Shown one piece after another: positions 62,110 through 64,000 of a stretch of 64,000 nucleotides of DNA (its first letter is position 1; every line of letters begins with the position of its first letter). The translations under genes were made by a program, and so were the position numbers. The notes under the pieces are model-generated. The model did not search any database. It saw only the letters and a list, made by a program, of their open reading frames with translations, and was not told where the DNA came from. This DNA comes from Gammaproteobacteria bacterium (GTDB lineage Bacteria; Pseudomonadota; Gammaproteobacteria; GCA-001735895), in the NCBI GenBank assembly GCA_050298595.1, contig JBNKUM010000008.1:139017-203016 (forward strand), in the 5' to 3' direction.

Positions 62110-63822
62110 ATGACAGCTTCTAATTTACCTCCATTAACCGGACTGGCACGAAAACTTGTGCAAGACCAGATCATTACACAGGAAGTTGCTTATGATGCGA
62201 TCCGCCTTGCTCACGAAGAAAAGATCAGTTTTAACCGCTATTTAATCAATCACAATATCGTATCTCCGAATGTTATTGCTATGACCTGTTCTATGGAATT
62301 TGGTCTACCTGTTTTTGACCTTTCATCTATGGATACAGAGCAGGCTCCCTTAACTTCTGTTGATGAAAAGCTTATAACAAAGCACCACGCCGTACCGATA
62401 TATAAGCGTGGAAATCGTTTATTTGTTGCTATTTCTGATCCCACCAACATGCAAGCCCTGGATGAATTCAAGTTTAATACAGGATTATCCACCGAAGCTG
62501 TTTTAGTACTTGAAGATCAGCTGGATAAATTTCTCGAAAAAGTAATCTCCGCCATGGATACCGGCATGGAGGACATGCTAGATGATGATCTCGGCAATCT
62601 CGATATAGAAGGCGAAGTAGAAGAAGAACAAGCTGCCCCGACTCGAAGTGACGCTGAAGATGCTCCAGTCGTCAAATATGTAAATAAGATCCTGGTTGAT
62701 GCTATTAACAAAGGTGCGTCTGACATTCATTTTGAACCTTACGAAAAGAGATATCGCGTACGATATCGTATAGACGGACTACTTTCTGAAGTTGCTTCTC
62801 CTCCGATTAATATTGCGGCTAAGCTTACCGCTCGCGTCAAAGTTATGTCTCGTATGGATATATCAGAACGCAGGATACCCCAGGACGGCAGGATAAAATT
62901 AAAACTGTCAAAAAAAAGGGCCATAGACTTTCGCGTAAACACCCTGCCTACACTGTTCGGCGAAAAGATTGTATTGCGTATTCTTGACTCATCCAGTGCC
63001 AAATTAGGCATTGATGTTTTAGGTTATGAACCAGAACAAAAAGAACTGTACATGAATGCACTGGCCAATCCTTATGGCATGATACTGGTCACTGGCCCAA
63101 CCGGTAGTGGTAAAACAGTATCACTTTATACTGGTTTGAATATTTTGAACACCCCTGAAACCAATATCTCTACTGCCGAAGACCCAGCTGAGATCAACAT
63201 GGAAGGGATCAATCAAGTCAACGTAAATACCAAGGTTGGACTTACCTTCGCTGAGGCCTTAAGGGCATTTCTGCGCCAGGATCCAGATGTGGTCATGGTG
63301 GGCGAGATACGTGACCTGGAAACAGCTGAAATAGCCATCAAGGCCGCTCAAACAGGACACCTGGTTTTATCAACCCTGCATACCAATGATGCGCCGCAGA
63401 CCTTGACACGTTTAATGAATATGGGGGTTCCTCCATTCAATATTGCGACCTCAATTTCCCTGATCATAGCCCAAAGACTGGGAAGAAAACTTTGTGTACA
63501 TTGTAAAAAGCCTGATGACCTTCCTCGAGAAGTTCTTCTAGAAGAAGGGTTTACAGAAGATGATCTTAATGAAAACTTCACTATCTACAAATCAGTAGGT
63601 TGCGATCAATGCATCGGCGGATATAAAGGTCGAGTAGGGATTTATCAGGTCATGCCTGTTTCTGAAGAAATGGGAAGAATAATCATGTCTGGTGGCAACT
63701 CGATAGATATAGCCGATCAGGCAAAAAAAGAAGGTGTAGACGACCTCAGAAGATCAGCCTTGAAAAAAATCAAACAAGGCATCATAAGTCTAGAAGAAGC
63801 TAACCGGGTCACGAAGGATTAA
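62110..63822 (+). CDS. pilB: type IV pilus assembly ATPase PilB (GspE family)
   Basis: 570-aa ORF with an N-terminal GSPII-like domain, Walker A GPTGSGKT, Asp/His boxes and the tetracysteine CxxC...CxxC motif (CVHCKK...CDQC). Confidence 0.9.
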   Translation: MTASNLPPLTGLARKLVQDQIITQEVAYDAIRLAHEEKISFNRYLINHNIVSPNVIAMTCSMEFGLPVFDLSSMDTEQAPLTSVDEKLITKHHAVPIYKRGNRLFVAISDPTNMQALDEFKFNTGLSTEAVLVLEDQLDKFLEKVISAMDTGMEDMLDDDLGNLDIEGEVEEEQAAPTRSDAEDAPVVKYVNKILVDAINKGASDIHFEPYEKRYRVRYRIDGLLSEVASPPINIAAKLTARVKVMSRMDISERRIPQDGRIKLKLSKKRAIDFRVNTLPTLFGEKIVLRILDSSSAKLGIDVLGYEPEQKELYMNALANPYGMILVTGPTGSGKTVSLYTGLNILNTPETNISTAEDPAEINMEGINQVNVNTKVGLTFAEALRAFLRQDPDVVMVGEIRDLETAEIAIKAAQTGHLVLSTLHTNDAPQTLTRLMNMGVPPFNIATSISLIIAQRLGRKLCVHCKKPDDLPREVLLEEGFTEDDLNENFTIYKSVGCDQCIGGYKGRVGIYQVMPVSEEMGRIIMSGGNSIDIADQAKKEGVDDLRRSALKKIKQGIISLEEANRVTKD

Positions 63823-63828
63823 TATCAT

Positions 63829-64000
63829 ATGGCTAAAAAACCAGTAGAAAAGATTGAATTCCTGTATGAAGGTACAGATAGAAACGGAAAAAAGCTAAAG
63901 GGCGATATATTTGCTTTAAATGAAGCTCTTGCAAAAGGCGAGTTACGTAAACAGGGAATCAATCCTTTACGCCTCAGAAAAAAACCGAAGCCTCTCTTTG
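63829..64000 (+). CDS. pilC: type IV pilus inner-membrane platform protein PilC (N-terminal fragment, continues beyond the window)
   Basis: MAKKPVEKIEFLYEGTDRNGKKLKGDIFALNEALAKGELRKQGINPL matches the PilC/GspF N-terminal cytoplasmic domain. It starts 6 nt after pilB. Confidence 0.75.
   Translation, partial: MAKKPVEKIEFLYEGTDRNGKKLKGDIFALNEALAKGELRKQGINPLRLRKKPKPLF

Overview
This 64 kb window is a gammaproteobacterial-type chromosomal segment of about 45% GC, interrupted by two clearly AT-rich accessory stretches (about 25.8-28.5 kb and 53.3-62.1 kb). Most of it is housekeeping genes in conserved synteny. Reading from the left on the minus strand: tRNA-Leu(GAG), secG, tpiA, glmM, folP, ftsH, rlmE, then yhbY (plus), greA, carB, carA. 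After that come metH with a divergent PduO-type cobalamin adenosyltransferase, the pyruvate dehydrogenase operon aceE-aceF-lpdA, pyrC, rnt, grxD, an asnB-family amidotransferase, sodB, argD-argF, argA, dksA and sucCD. The right third is a type IV pilus locus: a small zinc-ribbon ORF coupled to pilS-pilR, then pilA with an upstream sigma-54 promoter and two TGACA-N4-TGTCA palindromes, then pilB-pilC. An 8.8 kb AT-rich block sits between pilA and pilB. It carries two tandem modules, each a membrane-anchored alkaline-phosphatase/sulfatase-superfamily protein followed by a Wzy_C (O-antigen-ligase-like, TfpO/PglL-like) protein, and is bordered by a decayed IS200-like element. I read this block as a candidate, apparently undescribed, dual pilin post-translational modification island, and rank it as the most interesting feature. 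The other notable items are listed here. (1) An internally deleted IS4-family element with 36-bp terminal inverted repeats and a chimeric N-terminal/C-terminal transposase remnant. (2) A nested inverted-repeat structured element between carA and a membrane-anchored Hanks-type Ser/Thr kinase of inverted topology. (3) An apparently orphan DUF2384 (ParS/MbcA-type) antitoxin-like gene in a three-gene cluster of small unknowns. (4) An intact and a pseudogenised outer-membrane beta-barrel paralog pair in an AT-rich block. (5) Two degenerate GGDEF proteins and a DksA homolog with a single-cysteine zinc-finger region. All calls rest on reading the supplied translations and the sequence by eye; no database search was possible.
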